Under the pieces are notes generated by a model, which did no database searches, had not been told where the DNA came from, and was given only the letters and a program-made list of their open reading frames with translations. Of a DNA stretch of 64,000 bases, positions 1 to 13,242 are shown piece after piece (position 1 is the first letter of the stretch; each line of letters begins with the position of its first letter). The stretch comes from Squalus acanthias (Eukaryota): NCBI GenBank assembly GCA_030390025.1, contig CM059431.1:135348001-135412000 (forward strand), read 5' to 3'. The translations under genes and the position numbers were made by a program.

Positions 1-612
1 ATAAGAGCAGGGAGGTTATGATGGAGCTGTACAAAACGCTAGTTAGGCCACAGCTGGAATACTGTGTGCAGTTCTGGTCGCCACACTATAGGAGGGATGT
101 GATTGCATTGGAGAGGGTGCAGAGGAGATTCACCAGGATGCTACCTGGGCTGGAGCGCTTCAGCTATGAAGAGAGACTAGACAGGCTGGGGTTGTCTTCC
201 TTAGAGCAGAGAAGGCTGAGGGGGGACCTGATTGAGGTGTACAAAATTATGAGGGGCATAGATAGGGTAGATAGAAAGGAACTTTTCCCCTTAGTAGAGG
301 GGTCAATAACCAGGGGGCATAGTTTCAAGGTAAGGGGCAGGAGGTTTAGAGGGGATTTGAGGAAAAACTTTTTCACCCAGAGGGTGGTTGGAATCTGGAA
401 CTCACTGCCTGAAAGGGTGGTAGAGGCAGAAACCCTCACAACATTCAAGAAGCATTTAGATGAGCACTTGAAACGCCATAGCATACAAGGCTACGGACCA
501 AGTGCTGGAAAATGGGATTAGAATAGACAGGACTTGATGGCTGGCGCGGACACGATGGGCCGAAGGGCCTCTTTCTGTGCTGTATAACTCTATGACTCTA
601 TCTATGACTCTA
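1..612 (+). mobile_element. CR1 LINE, 3' fragment (ORF2 C-terminus, 3' UTR, microsatellite tail)
   Basis: ORF 18-521 has CR1 motifs LVRPQLEYCVQFWSP, RRLRGDLIEVYKI, FFTQRVV..WNSLP; ends in a (CTATGACT)n-like tail. Confidence 0.95.
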
Positions 613-767
613 ATATATGTTACGGGAGACACATTAAACTTTTTGATGTTAATATGTGGTGGTGGAATGGCTGTGCAGAGTGGCGGAATGGATTTGTATG
701 ATACAATGGAATGATCATGATGCTGTAAATGTTTTTAATGTTCAATCAATAATATATTAAAAAAGAC

Positions 768-1846
768 GGGTAGCACTCTCACCTCTGAGTCAGAAGGTTG
801 TGGGTTCAAGTCCCACTCCAGAGACTTGAACACAAACATCTAAGGTGGACAGTCCAGTGCAGTGGTGAGGGAGTGCTGCACTGTCAGAGGTGCTGCCTTT
901 TGGATGAGACGTTAAACTGAGAATTCTGTAGGTGGTTTGCTTTGGTGGTTCGAATCACCCCTCCTACTTAGTTCTATACGACAGGAATTACGGTGAACAG
1001 GATTGGGACACAGACAAGCTTTTCGGACTCAACCGTACGGTGTTTAATAAGGTTAACACACACACCCGCCTCCAGTACATAAAATGCCTGGTGGCGTAAA
1101 ACAAACAGTACAACAATACAACTTGGACCATCGAACAGGCCCCTGTCTCGTATTAAGACGCCTAAAATCACACTGTGTTGCAATACAGAGTATAACACGG
1201 ACTTGTCCCACAAACCCCGGAACATACACTATATAATACACACAGAACCTCCCCACTAAACCCCTCTGGCTTGGTTGGGATACATAACACCCCCTCACAC
1301 AGTACTGGTGGTCTTATGGATGCGTGGGCTTGGACAATGCTCACCCTGATTGTCCGTTTTCTTGCTCGCTGCTTCCCCGTGTAGAACGTGTCTCCTGGTT
1401 CCGTATCGCCGATGCAGTATCCAAGTCCTAGTTTCGAGGTTCGAAGAGCAAGGCGAGGCTCTTGTCGCTCGTGGTGGTTTAGAGCAAGCGAGAGAGAGAG
1501 AGAGAGAAAAATAGCCAAAGCTGCCTTCTCTGTATCATTCTAAAAGTCTGCTCTCTCAAGTGGACGTAAAAGATCCCATGGCACTATTTCAAACAAGAGC
1601 AGGGGAGTTATCCCTGGTGTTGTGGCCAATATTTATCCCTCAATCAACATAACAAAAACATATTATCTGATCATTATCACATTACTGTTTGTGGAAGGTT
1701 GCCGTGCGCAAATTGGCTGCCGCGTTTCCGACATTAGAACAGTGATTACACTTCATGATTACTTAATTGGCTGTAAAGCGCTTTGGGACATCCGATGGCT
1801 GTAAAGGCACTATATAAATGCAAGTCTTTCTTTCTTTTCTTTCTTT
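768..1846 (+). mobile_element. tRNA-derived DeuSINE (SacSINE1-like), split by an insertion at ~927-1537
   Basis: B-box-like GGTTCAAGTCC head and Deu-type core (GGGAGTGCTGCACTGTC..GATGAGACGTTAAAC) that resumes at ~1546 (GTGGACGTAAAAGATCCCATGGCAC); colinear with the copy at 15990-16418; tail AAGGCACTATATAAATGCAAGTC. Confidence 0.85.
927..1537 (-). mobile_element. LTR-like insertion (solo or truncated LTR)
   Basis: Interrupts the SINE; TG...CA ends; ATTAAA on the minus strand near 1044-1049; CpG-rich; no clean TSD. Confidence 0.45.
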
Positions 1847-2719
1847 GTACATTCACGACCCATTTATTTTCAGAACCTATATGATGCTAATTGTTTTAAT
1901 AATTTAGCATATGAATATTACAATAATTACACTAATGTATCCATTCACTGCCATGAAATGCTGTTTTTGGGAATATAATTATATTGAGTATCAATTATTA
2001 TGAAGTTCCCCAGAATCAAAAGAGTTTCCATAGAAATGAAATATTCTCTAATTCATAGCCTACCTTCTGGGCATTTTTCTGCTCATTGGGATTGTTATGC
2101 AAAGTTGAGAAATGGAACTCCTGATTGGTTGTAAGTGCTGTAATGATTTATTTAATATGACAAAACTCAACTCTAAAAGAGACAGGTGGACCTGAGTGAG
2201 AGGAAGCTTTAAGGAAAAAATATACACATATATCAGACTGGGCTCCTGATTCTGCCTGCTTTTACTGTCAATCTTCCTCAGCTTCTTGCTTGATTCCAAT
2301 CTTGAAGCCTGTATCAGTTGTTTATTTTGTCAGTCTCCCACAATGCATTCCATGGGATAAGATACTCATTTCTGAAAATATGTTTGTTTCTGATAGAAGA
2401 AGTTCATTTGTGATGATATGTTTATTTTTGATCACATGTATCCATCTAGTAGATGTGCTGACTTAAAAAAAAGAACGCTGTCAGTCCACACCAACTGCAT
2501 TCAAAGGTTCAAAACTGGTAAAGTAAGTCTGATACACGATGTTCACATTTAGTTAACACATATTTTTTGCTAGTACAGTACCAACAGGGAAGACACCATC
2601 TTAACACTTTGCTGGGGGAAATCATCTACATTAATGTCATTCTTTTAAGCCAGAATTTGCACCAATGTGACAGATGGAAAAGAGATCCCTTAGGATTCAA
2701 ATCTATCAATCTATTCAAG

Positions 2720-3560
2720 CCAAGAATGGTCTGCACCATCTCCTCCAAGGCGTTGAAGTGAGGGTAGGAATGGGAGATGTACCTTGTGATTGATACAGAT
2801 TGTTGGTAGGTGAGTTATGGGGGTGGGGGGAGTCGTGCATTGAGTAGTGTGTGAGGCTAGTGATGCAGTTGGCAGGAGACGACTTTTGAAGATGCATTCA
2901 CTGACCTTGATCAGTGGTCTGAGGTCATGAAGCTTCTTTGGGCACTGGAGCCAGGTTGTGGGGCGACACTGCTGCCAGTGATGGCCCCGGTGATCTGGTC
3001 CCACATCATTCTTTCTGGAGGGCCTCCTGGCCCCTGTGGGTAGAGGACCTCTCTTGCAGTGTTGACCCCCTGCACAAACCTGGAGTGCTGCGTGCGAGAC
3101 CCTGGGTGACCCTTCGCTGGCTTGCTGAGCCATTTGTGTTAGTGCTGAAGCACTTTTACTATTTTTTTAGGCGTGGAAGACAATTCAGCTTTAAGAGCTG
3201 AAGACTGCCATTTGGGAATTATTTTTAATATTTATGTTTTTTTTGAAAGGCAGTAAGGGCTGAAAAATGTATGTTTTCACTTGATTTTAATGTTTATTAG
3301 TTTTGAATGCATAGCCCCTTTAATTTATAGCCCCTTTAATTGCCCACAATGCCTTGCGAACTCCACAGCCTCACTTCCAGAGGCTGTAAGAAGCAGCAAC
3401 ACCGACTGTGGACGGGAACTTCAGTCGGAGGCCTCCATTAACACCACCAGAAGGGCGCTGCACTCCACATCGCCAACCCCCAGAGCCACTTTTTGCACGG
3501 TAGTGCTGTGGCCATTTTGGTTGGCTGTTAACTCGAGTTGCCATGCACAAATTTTTGCCC
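2720..3560 (-). mobile_element. Decayed Harbinger fragment with Myb/SANT exon remnant
   Basis: Frameshifted peptide ...TTWLQCPKKLHDLRPLIKVS resembles Harbinger Myb exon 1 at 57034-57264 and 10603-10824; terminal-like AAATTTTTGCCC at ~3549-3560. Confidence 0.6.
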
Positions 3561-5604
3561 CATAGTCATTTTAATTCTACTCGTATTTATCTCAGGAAGT
3601 GGCTGCTGAAATATTGTTGAAACAGCTTTTAGTGCTTGTTAGCTGAGAGTTTATCAGTGTAATTTGACATTTAATTAACTGTACCTTCACTCAAGTTTCA
3701 CTCTGTCTGTATTTGGTAAACTGAGCTGACAGCGTGCTCTTTCCCTTTCTGTCAAATCAACATCGGTGTTATATAGAGTTATCCTGATTAAACAGGCCTT
3801 TTAAATATTAATACCAAGAGAATACAGGGGTTTATTCGGTTCAGGGATACTAAAAGCTAACTTTACAGCAGAGCTTCTAATGAGAGTGTTATAATAAGAC
3901 TATGATTAGTAAGTGTTCAGCCCATGGTGCCACGGTAAGAATTTCATTGCATATTCATATTGCATTTAGTCTTAATAGTCCAAAGCTGATTTTAGTGGAT
4001 ATATTGTGGGTGCTAATATTTGTAACAATTGCTTGAGCTACTTGAATTACTGTTGATATGATTTATTTTACACATTACTGAATGCCTATCGTGTGGAAAG
4101 CAATTGGAAAAAAAAATAACCAGGAGCCTAAATCTTAACATAATCTAGTTTTATTGTAGATTGTTAATTTGAATGCACAAGGTAATCTATTGTGAAGTGT
4201 CCTAAAATGGTACTGCTGATGCTAAAACTGCTTTATTATTGCGGATATAACCTTTCACTGTGATGGATCTCCAGATACAATATTTCATTGAACATCCTAG
4301 CTAATTTATAGAGAAGGGAAATCTGTAATGTCACTGCTGTTTATTATTCCATGTAATTCATACAAATGAGATAAGCACACAGACATCCCTGAAAGAGTTG
4401 CTAAAGTCAGTGCTGAAATTCCTGGGGCTGGAGATGGGACATAAGTCGGAGTTACACTTGGGGCAGTGGAGGGGGCTGGAAAATGGTCTGAATCCTGGAT
4501 CCACTGGGATCCCCCACATTTGACCAAATCGAGAAATTCCAGTCAGGGAGCCATGGTCAGATCTTCTGCCATCCCCCACCCCTTCCCTGCCCCAACAGCA
4601 ATGGGAATTTCTCAGGCTTTCCCAGGAAATTCTTCCTTTTGCAACCTTGGAAGGCGTCAGTGGAACTCACGCCAGTGCAGACCTGTTGAAAATCTCTTTG
4701 AGGCCTTCTAAAGGCCCCAAACCTTTACTAGAGTAAGGCAATCCAGCAGGAGCCAAATAATTCACAAAAAAATGTCTTCAGTCACTTGGGCCTCTGATGG
4801 ACTCTGGCTGGGAAGGGTAGATCAGTTTGGGTTGGGGCGGCCACCGCTGATGCACCCTTGCAGGTGCCAGTGGCCCACTCCAGCTATGCACTTAACCTTG
4901 TCCCCAGAATTTGGGATGGGGTCTCCAGCCTTGGGCGAGTTGGCAGGAGGTTCCTCTCTGCTGCACTTACACTGATGGAGTGGGGCCCCAAAAATTTCCA
5001 GTGCTTTTTTTAAATTTGTCATTTTTTTCCCCTGACAATCAGCACCTGTATCCACAGTCTCCTTGCCTTTCATTTATCTCTTTCCCCTAAGTGGATTCCT
5101 TGAGACTAGTAAACATGTCTTTCATGGTTCTGTGGCCATTTTCTTTCATGAATAGAACCTAGACATGCCTTAAAATGCCTTTCGAGCAGAGTCTAGCCTA
5201 AAAGGGTTAGCTGATCCAGATAGTCCCGTGATGTATTGTCACTCCAGTGGCAGTCAAGAGGTGTTTTAAAAGTGCAACAGGCTGTTGTTGTGAAGAGTTC
5301 TGAAGCAATGGTCCATTTGATAGCAAACTAGTCATTCAGGAGACTATCTGCACCTTAGTGTTTGATCTGTGTGAATCTTGGAAGAAAGACTATTAAAAAG
5401 CAACACACACACCAAGTCAGAAAGGCTACAAAAAATGTGAAGGCCACAGAAAGGATGTGAGGGAGAATTAACCTCCGCACTATCAGCAGGACGGATAGAA
5501 CAAATCTATCATTCCTTTACTTTTGTAGCAGTACTCAAACAGAAGTTGAACAGATTGTACAAAGTGCCTTTTAGCATATTCAGTGTGTTGTGTGTTTTGC
5601 CTAC

Positions 5605-5770
5605 CATGGAATGAAACAGTTTATGAACTGAACCAAACAATACTTCATCTAGTGTTAACTCGATCTGGCTTTGGAGAGATTGAAGGTGGGCATGTACGTT
5701 CTTTGGTCCCACTACTGCGCTAGCTGATTCAAGGCAATGGGAGCCAATTTCCGTAAACAAATCAACTAAC
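5605..5770 (-). CDS. Candidate internal host exon (55 codons, unidentified)
   Basis: CCCTTAAACAG acceptor and ATG|GTAGGC donor flank an open frame LVDLFTEIGSHCLESASAVVGPKNVHAHLQSLQSQIELTLDEVLFGSVHKLFHSM in non-repeat DNA; no homology recognised. Confidence 0.35.
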
Positions 5771-5949
5771 CTGTTTAAGGGAGTGACTGACAATACTAAA
5801 GCTGAGTAAATGCCTGTGGCAGACCCGAATTTGTAACAGTGACCTGCATGTGGGATAATATCAGTTGACACTTCAAATTGAACTCAGGTCTCTGAGTTCA
5901 GAGTCCAGTATTCCAATAATGAAGAATTGGTACTTTAAAGAGGCACACC

Positions 5950-7290
5950 GCGAAATTCGGCACCTTAGCGCTGGCAGTTAAGGCCGGTTTCGAGAAAAAA
6001 ATGGCAGCTGCCTCGCTTCCGCCCACTTCCAGCATGGCCCGCTCTGGTCACCATCTTGGTGAGGGCAACAGCGCGGGTGGGGTGTGCGTGCGCCAGCAGT
6101 ATGCAGAGTGGGCAGATCGTGACATTCAGCTAAATGAGGGAGCCCCACCAGCGCTATTTAAAGGGATAAATCCAACTTGCCGGTAAGTTGATTATTTCTC
6201 TTGTACTGGCTCTTGCAGAGTTTATATCAATACTGGCTTGCTGGAACACATTTATAATGTTTTTAAAGTGTGCAGGGAGTTCTGGTAGATGTTGGGAAAT
6301 CATTGGCTGCTACTGGAAGGTCTCTGACTACACCACCTGCTCCTAGTCATGGGGGCTGTAGTTGCAGTCCCCCTCACACTGCAGCATGACAGGGAGATGG
6401 AGCAGAGGCAGCAAAGACAAGCTGCTCACAGAGGGAGGAAGAGGAAGCGGGGAAGGAGGGCTCTCAGCAGGAGGCCTTACCCACCTGGGGTCTTCAGGGA
6501 GCACTTCTCTTACCTGCACCTAAGTCAGGAGCAGTGTGTTCAGTGGCTCTGCTTCACCAAGGAGGTGGTCACAGCACGCTGCCCACTCTTGGAACCAGAC
6601 CTGCAGCCTCAGAGCAGGGTGACAACGGCGCTGCCAGTTTTCCTTAAGGTGACCATGGCCCTGAATTTTTTCACCAGCGGAATCCATCTAGGCTGGAAAT
6701 GGCGACATAGCAAACATCTCCCAGTTCGCTGTCCATTGCTGCATCCGGGAGGTCACAGAGGCTCTGTACTCCAAGAGAAGGGACTTCATTGTCTTCTCTT
6801 TAAACAGAGAGAAGCAGGAGGAGCGCGCAACTGGCTTTGCCAGGATATCGGGCTTTCCCATAGTGCAGGGCGCCATCGACGGCACACACGAGGCTTTGCG
6901 GGCGCCGCATCTCAAGGCTGAGATGTACCATAACCGCAACGGCTACCACTCTCTTAATGTGCAGTTGGTGTGTGACCCTGCCCAGTACGTCATAATGGTG
7001 AATGCCTGGTATCCTGGCAGCAGTCATGATGCTTCATCCTGTGCCAGTCCGCTGCGCCAGCAATCTTCCAGCCATCATGTCAAACCCAAGGGTGGCTGTT
7101 CGGAGACAAGGGCTATCCGCTCTACACCTGGCTGATGACTCCCATCCACAACTCCACCACACATGGCCAGCAGTCATATAATGCCATGAGGAACCTTATT
7201 GAGCAGACCATATTGGTAATAAAGCAACGGTTCCGCTGGCTTGACCACTCTCCAGTACTCACTGAAGCGGATGTCCCAATTGTTCACTAT
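5950..7290 (+). pseudogene. Harbinger transposase pseudogene
   Basis: Frameshifted ORFs 6349-6921, 6863-7135, 7135-7329 with RRPYPP, KVTMALNFF, GAIDGTH, NGYHSLNVQLVCD, PGSSHDA, RNLIEQTI..KQRFR. Confidence 0.9.
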
Positions 7291-7879
7291 GCAGACTCCC
7301 ATCCAACAACCTCCCTCACTGGGAAGTGAAGAGAAATCAAACCTACTTGACAGAAATGCTACCTCTGCACCAATTTTTAACATTCAAACCACTACAAAGA
7401 TGATCTTTTTGCAATACACTTCTGTTTAATTTTGCCTGATTTAAAATAAAATCACTTTCTGTGTAAATATAATTAGTGCTAATGGCATCATGAGGTACTG
7501 AGCTATGACAGTATGAGAGCTGAATTAACCATGCACAAACAAAGCTGAAGTACCATGGACTAATGAGCAATATTAATTCTGTTTCCTCACTTTAATGTCT
7601 CCTTTATATTAAAGAGCCACTTCAAGTGGAACAACCTTAGAGCTGATGGTGCTGCACAATATGCCCCATTTATATTGCAGGGCAGCACTAGCCGCAATAG
7701 ACAAACACACTTCAGGCTCAATATTAACTGCCTCTGCCAGTGTAAAGGGGTGGTAGTGGCCTGAAAATGGTGTTGGGTCACTTACTGCCCCTTTTACACT
7801 GGCACTCCAGCCACTGCCATCTTTGGTAGGGTCCTATGTTCCTATGTCATCACTGTTCACTACTTAAACAATAATTAAA

Positions 7880-8012
7880 GCATCTGATGAAGGGTCATCG
7901 ACCTGAATCATTAACTCTGTTTCTCTCTCCACAGATGCTGCCTGACCTGCTGAGTATTTCCAGCATTTTCTGTTTTTATTTCAGATTTCCAGCATCCGCA
8001 GTATTTTGCTTT
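7880..8012 (+). repeat. Penelope-like pLTR fragment with decayed hammerhead core
   Basis: CTGATGA-AGGGTC-ATC-GACCT-GAAT (GAAA mutated), followed by CTCTCCACAGATGCTGCCTGACCTGCTGAG, a repeat recalled from elasmobranch genomes. Confidence 0.6.
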
Positions 8013-8284
8013 AATATTTAAAGCAGCCTGGGTAAGCCAGTTAATGAGTGAGCTGCCTAAGTATTGTCATAATACTTTGTGCTATCATCATGTCTATGTT
8101 TTAGACTCATCCTTGTTTGATATTTAATTCACCAAAATACATACTTTCCCTCTTATTACAGCTGAACTGCAATCTGACACAAATTTGCCATGCTTCTTTG
8201 CCATGTTAGCTAGTCCATCTCCTATGCTTGCAAAAATCTCTGGCATCATTCCATCAGGGCCAATCCTGTTCTGTCTCATAAGCC

Positions 8285-8890
8285 ATGATTTAACACTGGG
8301 TGAGTGGCACACATGGGGTAGGCAGGGTGAATGCCAGGACCGCCCAACACACTGACCTGAGGCCCGGGCTATTGTAACTCCCAGGCCTCATTTATATAGA
8401 CCAAGCCCAACGACCGCCCAAACCCAGCGGCAATGATGTGAGGCTGGCAGGTGGGAGCAGGTGAGCACAGTAGTCGGCCATCGGCAGGGACCCAGGGCAA
8501 TGGTTCCCGGCAAGGTAAGGGGGAGGGGGTCTGAGGCAATGGCGGGAAGCCTGGGCAGAGGTGATCCAAGGATTCCTTGTGGGGCCGGAAGAGTTACTTT
8601 TTCAGCCCTCTTCTGGGCCTGCTGCTCCTTGGGGCCGGGTTTTGCTGGCAAGGCTGGCACCTTGTTGCTGCAGGTTAAAATGTGGTTGGGTTCTGAATGA
8701 CATCAGCAGACCCCCACTTTTGAATCTGATTGAGGTCCTCACTTACCTCAGACGAGGGCCTCACGCTGCCTGAAATGCGCCTGTTAAAATGATGTGTGCA
8801 GCGTGGATTCGGTGAGTGCCACGCTGCCTATATTTTAACTCCCCATAAGACCCATTCTCGTCAGGCACAGAGGGTTGAAATCGGGGTTTT
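8285..8890. mobile_element. Probable Harbinger-type MITE
   Basis: GC-rich island in AT-rich DNA with degenerate inverted ends (GATTTTAAC.../...GTTGAAATC). Confidence 0.4.
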
Positions 8891-10273
8891 AATTTCACTT
8901 TTGTACTATTTAGAAATAATTGTTAGATAGCTGATAGAGTTCGGAGCTGCCAACTAAAGGCTTTAAATTTGAATTAAAACTTTGAGTACCAATTCAAAAT
9001 CCATTACCATCACAGGAAGCCTTTAACAGTTCTTAACAGGCTGACATTGATATTACATCATTTGTGCACATTAGTTTAAGGGGAGGTTAAGGGGGATAAG
9101 GTGGAATAGTATGGGGTCGTACATGATTGAATAGGATGCACATTTCATTTTCTAGAGCAGGGGCACTGAGATTTTGGGTTGTAGTTCTTACTAATTCCAG
9201 ACAGTCACAATCTATGAAGACTGACACATTTTGTGCATAGAGATTTTGAAATAAGTGGGACAGAAGCATTAACCAAGGACATGTTCGACTGTAAGAAGCA
9301 GAACGTTAGATGACACCAGGGATTGAAAGTGGATTTGAGAAAGCTAGGTGTTTGGGTCACAGTGCCTGTTATTCCAGACACTGTCAACAAGAAAGCCAAA
9401 GCAATTAGCGCATAGCCATGATTCCTAATAATGTAATAATAAGTAAATATGTCGGCTTTGGTCGGCACAGGTGGTCCAATTTCAGAATATGACACTGGCT
9501 TTCAAGACATGTAATGTAATTTTTAACTGACAAAATGGCTTACGGGGCTATTATCATTCTCAGTTGTTCATATTGAAACTAGTATTATGGTAACGTGCAC
9601 ATTACTGTGCCATATTTAATTATTGTCATCTTTCTTTATTTTGGGTGGTGTTTATGTTTCTGAATACTCTGTATTCATTAACAAGTTGAGGAACTGATTT
9701 GGAGGGAGAAAAGAACAAGGCAGTCAAAATTAATAAAGACGTTGGTATCTAAAATTGGCGCAATCAATGTCGAGCACTGATGCTGTCATGCAACAGTCAA
9801 GACCATATTGGCTACAGTATTGCCAAATTTGCAGGTATATGTGGATTTTAATGAACTTTTTAAACTTGTAGTTATTGAATATAGATGATTGTGAACACAA
9901 GGCTCAATCAGTGTCTTTGTGCAGATGATCAGTTCTGCACTCCCATACTTCAATGTTTTTGATAAGTTGCGCATTAAGCCGCCCAGCAGGATCTCCATTC
10001 ATTCTGTAACTGACACAGGATTCTTCAGTGTGTGATTGACAATGAGACATAACACAGTCTGAGACCCTCTTGGTGTAATGTTTTAAAATATCCTATTCCC
10101 AGTCCTTTTCAGGAGGTTCGGAAGACATGCCATAACAGGGCAGGGAGTTCTCTACGCTTGTACTAAACATCCAATTCTCTATTTTTGCAATTGATTTCTT
10201 TGCTAAGTCATTTGTACCAGTTCTAGCCTCATGAAACAACAGCTCAACATTTTTTTGAATTATAATTAATTTA

Positions 10274-13242
10274 GGCCAGAATTTTCCCTACCTGGGCGGG
10301 TCTGGTGGGCGGTGGCCATGGCAGATCGCGACCCCATTGCTGGCTCCATCCCGCTGCACAAAATGACTTTACGTCAATAGGGCCTATTAAACCCGCCCTG
10401 CGTGTTACCCGGCCCAATGAAATGGTGTGGGTCTGATGACATTACCCATGACGCGTTTTCAGCTGGGATATTTAAAGGGGCCATGGCCACACTACATTTG
10501 AAGTTTCATCTAAAATAGTGCAGTTAGTGCACGACAGCATTGGAGTGCTGCAAACACTTTGGAAATGACTGCACAGAGTCAGAGGACTGCCTCCACAAGC
10601 ATATGGAGGGAGTCAGGTTCCCCAATGACTCCCTCCATATGCTTATGGAGGGAGTCAGAGCACGCAGGGAGGTCCTCTTCCCTTCCAATGGGCAGAAAAG
10701 ACCTCCCCAGGAGACAAAAAGAGCCTGGCTCCAAATTGCCGAGGAGGTCAACAGCAGGGATGTGTTCAGGAGGACCTGGGTGCAGTGCCAGAAACATTTC
10801 AATGATCTCATTAGATCAGGAAAGGTGAGTACAAAGCGACACTCACCTTCATCCTGCTGTGCCTCTCATCACATCCCCATCACACTGCCTTCCCAACCCT
10901 ACTCCTGCCCATCCTTATTCACACCAACATATCTTACACATCCACCCATCCCTCTCTCTATCTACATTATCACATCCCCATCTCACTGGCCACCCCTCAC
11001 ACTCACCCTTATCCTAGTGCAATCATACCAACTAACAACACGCAAGGAAGCCACTTGGCTTTCGCACCCCACTCCATCATAGTCTCCCTCTAAAGATCTA
11101 ATCCATCCAATCCTTACACTCATTCCATCACTCTCACTCAACCTTCTCTTCTTTCCCTCCTTGCTGGAAAAGAGAGCACAAAATAAGAGCGAGAGAGAGA
11201 GAACCAGCAGTAGCCCTCCATCATTTGCAAACCTTACAACAGCAGAGGAGGTCTGCTTTCGAAATATCTGGAGTCGCTGAGCAACTGGAGGTGGGAGACG
11301 GAAAGAGGGGGTCATCTCAGCAACCTGGTGACAGAGTTACATCTCATACAGCTACATGTCATACATCAGTCACTCATATGGGGACTGATGTCAGCAGCCA
11401 TGTGCATAATGGTATCTGTATGACATATCTAACTCATCTTTTTACTCTCCCACAGGTCCATCAATAGCCCCCACCATTGCCCAGGAGGAAGAGGAAGACA
11501 ACTCCTCAGAGGAGCCTCCAGCCTCTGAGGGCACACCATCACCAGACGTAAGCGCACCCAGCACCAGCACAGATACGCACACCTGGGTGGGTCCCATGTG
11601 ACATAGAGTAGTGTTGTTACCTGGTGTCTCACAACTCACAAGTGAGCAAGAGCAGATGGTGGAGATAGGGTCAGCAGTGGAGAGTCTTCACCAGAGGGCA
11701 CAGGACGCTCGTAACTCTGCTCAGCTGCATGCAGACCCTGAGCCTCAGGGCCATCCAGAAAGAGGACGATCCTGGAGGTGCAGAAAGGAGTGCAGGGGCC
11801 TCTTGAAGGTTTTGTGAGCGCGATGTCTGCAAATGTTCAGAGAATGGAGGAGTCCATCTCCAACATGTGCACCACCGTGTCGCAGGCGATGGCGACTGTA
11901 GGCTCTTCCATGGATAGGATGGCCACCTACATGGAGCAGCTAATGCACCACTCACAGGAGCACATGGTCTCTATGGAGAATAGATGGCAGAGGCTCATAG
12001 ACCTCCTCTCTAGGAGGGATATAAATGTAGATGTAGGTCCTCATGGCCCCACTGATGTGCAGCAAGGTGCTCTCCAGCTCCTTGGCAGCAGGGAAGTGAG
12101 CAGGCTGCCTCTACCTCTGCTGAAGCCACAGGGGTAGCACCTCGTAGAAGCACGTGGAAGAGAAAGATAACACGCAAGTAAATTCACAAGGTTAGCCACT
12201 TGGGTGTTTTATCCAATGTAAATGTAAAGTTTCCGTTAATGTGCTGCCAAACATAAAAATCTTTATTTTCAACACTTTCCAGTCCTGGACAGATTTGTGA
12301 GCACCTTTGGAAGTGGCTTAGTGAGTTGCAGTGAATGGTGAGACATAACGGTACCTCCAGCAATGGTGGTGAGTGTGAAAGGAATGATTTGGTCATTGTA
12401 AGGATGCTTTATGGTGTTGGTCTGGGGTGGTGTCAACCTGACGCATCATGTGGCAGCCATATGGGTGTATAGTGTAAAGTTAAGTAAATCTGGCCATGAT
12501 GAGGCCATCCCTGGCCTCCCAGGCAACAATGTGCTCGGGTGTTGATGCCCTCTGTCCTGTGCAGCATCAGGTGATTGCGGAGAAGGTTGGTGTTGTGGTT
12601 GTTGGTGCTGCTGGTGTGCCTGGTGATGCTGGTGTTGGGGCTTATTGTGGTCAGATTCTGAGGAACAAGGTGAGACAGTATAAATGGCACCCATGTTGAT
12701 GGAATACATGGCAGGTGAAGTAGAGATGACAGAAGCAATCCGTCAATGGTGAGAGAGGTTCTTCCAGTGAGGTGAGATTGGAGGTAGACTTTGTTGGAAA
12801 GATTGCAGCCTGCAGAAAGCTCAATCTGTGCTGGCAATGCAGTGAGTAACAGCTTCTGTCTGAGGAAAGTGATCAGCTGTCAGGTGGGAGCTTTTATACT
12901 ACATTTGATGCTGTCAACTAATCAGCTGGAGCAATGGCCACTCAACTCCCACCTCAAATTGACAGACATGGTCCCTGAGCCGCATGAGTCCTGTGGGCAT
13001 CCAGTGAAATTGGAAAGGTAAGGTTAAAAAGACTCTTAAGTGTCTGACAACAAGCTAATAATCCTTTAAATTGGGTCGCCCACCTCTGCCGGTTGGGTTG
13101 CTACCACGCTGACAGATGCGCCCGAGGGAAAGACGTGTGGGGTCGGGATGACGGCGGGTTCCCGACCTGCTCCCAGAAATTTCAACTTTTCCACCCGACC
13201 CGCCTCCGATCGCGCCCGCATGGACCCCGGAAAATTCCGGCC
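10274..13242. mobile_element. Non-autonomous Harbinger: Myb/SANT gene (+), internally deleted transposase (-)
   Basis: TIRs GGCCAGAATTTTCC / GGAAAATTCCGGCC; flanks TTA/TAA; Myb exon ..AWLQIAEEVNSRDVFRRTWVQCQKHFNDLIRSGK|GTGAGT; minus strand carries only the transposase N-terminus (MGA..) joined to its C-terminus (..ARDGLIMARFT*). Confidence 0.85.

Noticed and set aside
164..484. Recurrent antisense ORFs of the type ..KKFFLKSPLNLL..ILYTSIRSPL (also 20171, 23566, 38722, 43253, 44806)
   Set aside because: These are shadow frames on the opposite strand of CR1 ORF2.
768..830. tRNA gene
   Set aside because: B-box-like motif only; it is the head of a SINE and I could not fold a cloverleaf.
2060..2320. 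Possible minus-strand exon(s) near a GTAGGC donor at ~2063
   Set aside because: Several alternative acceptors and frames, none convincing.
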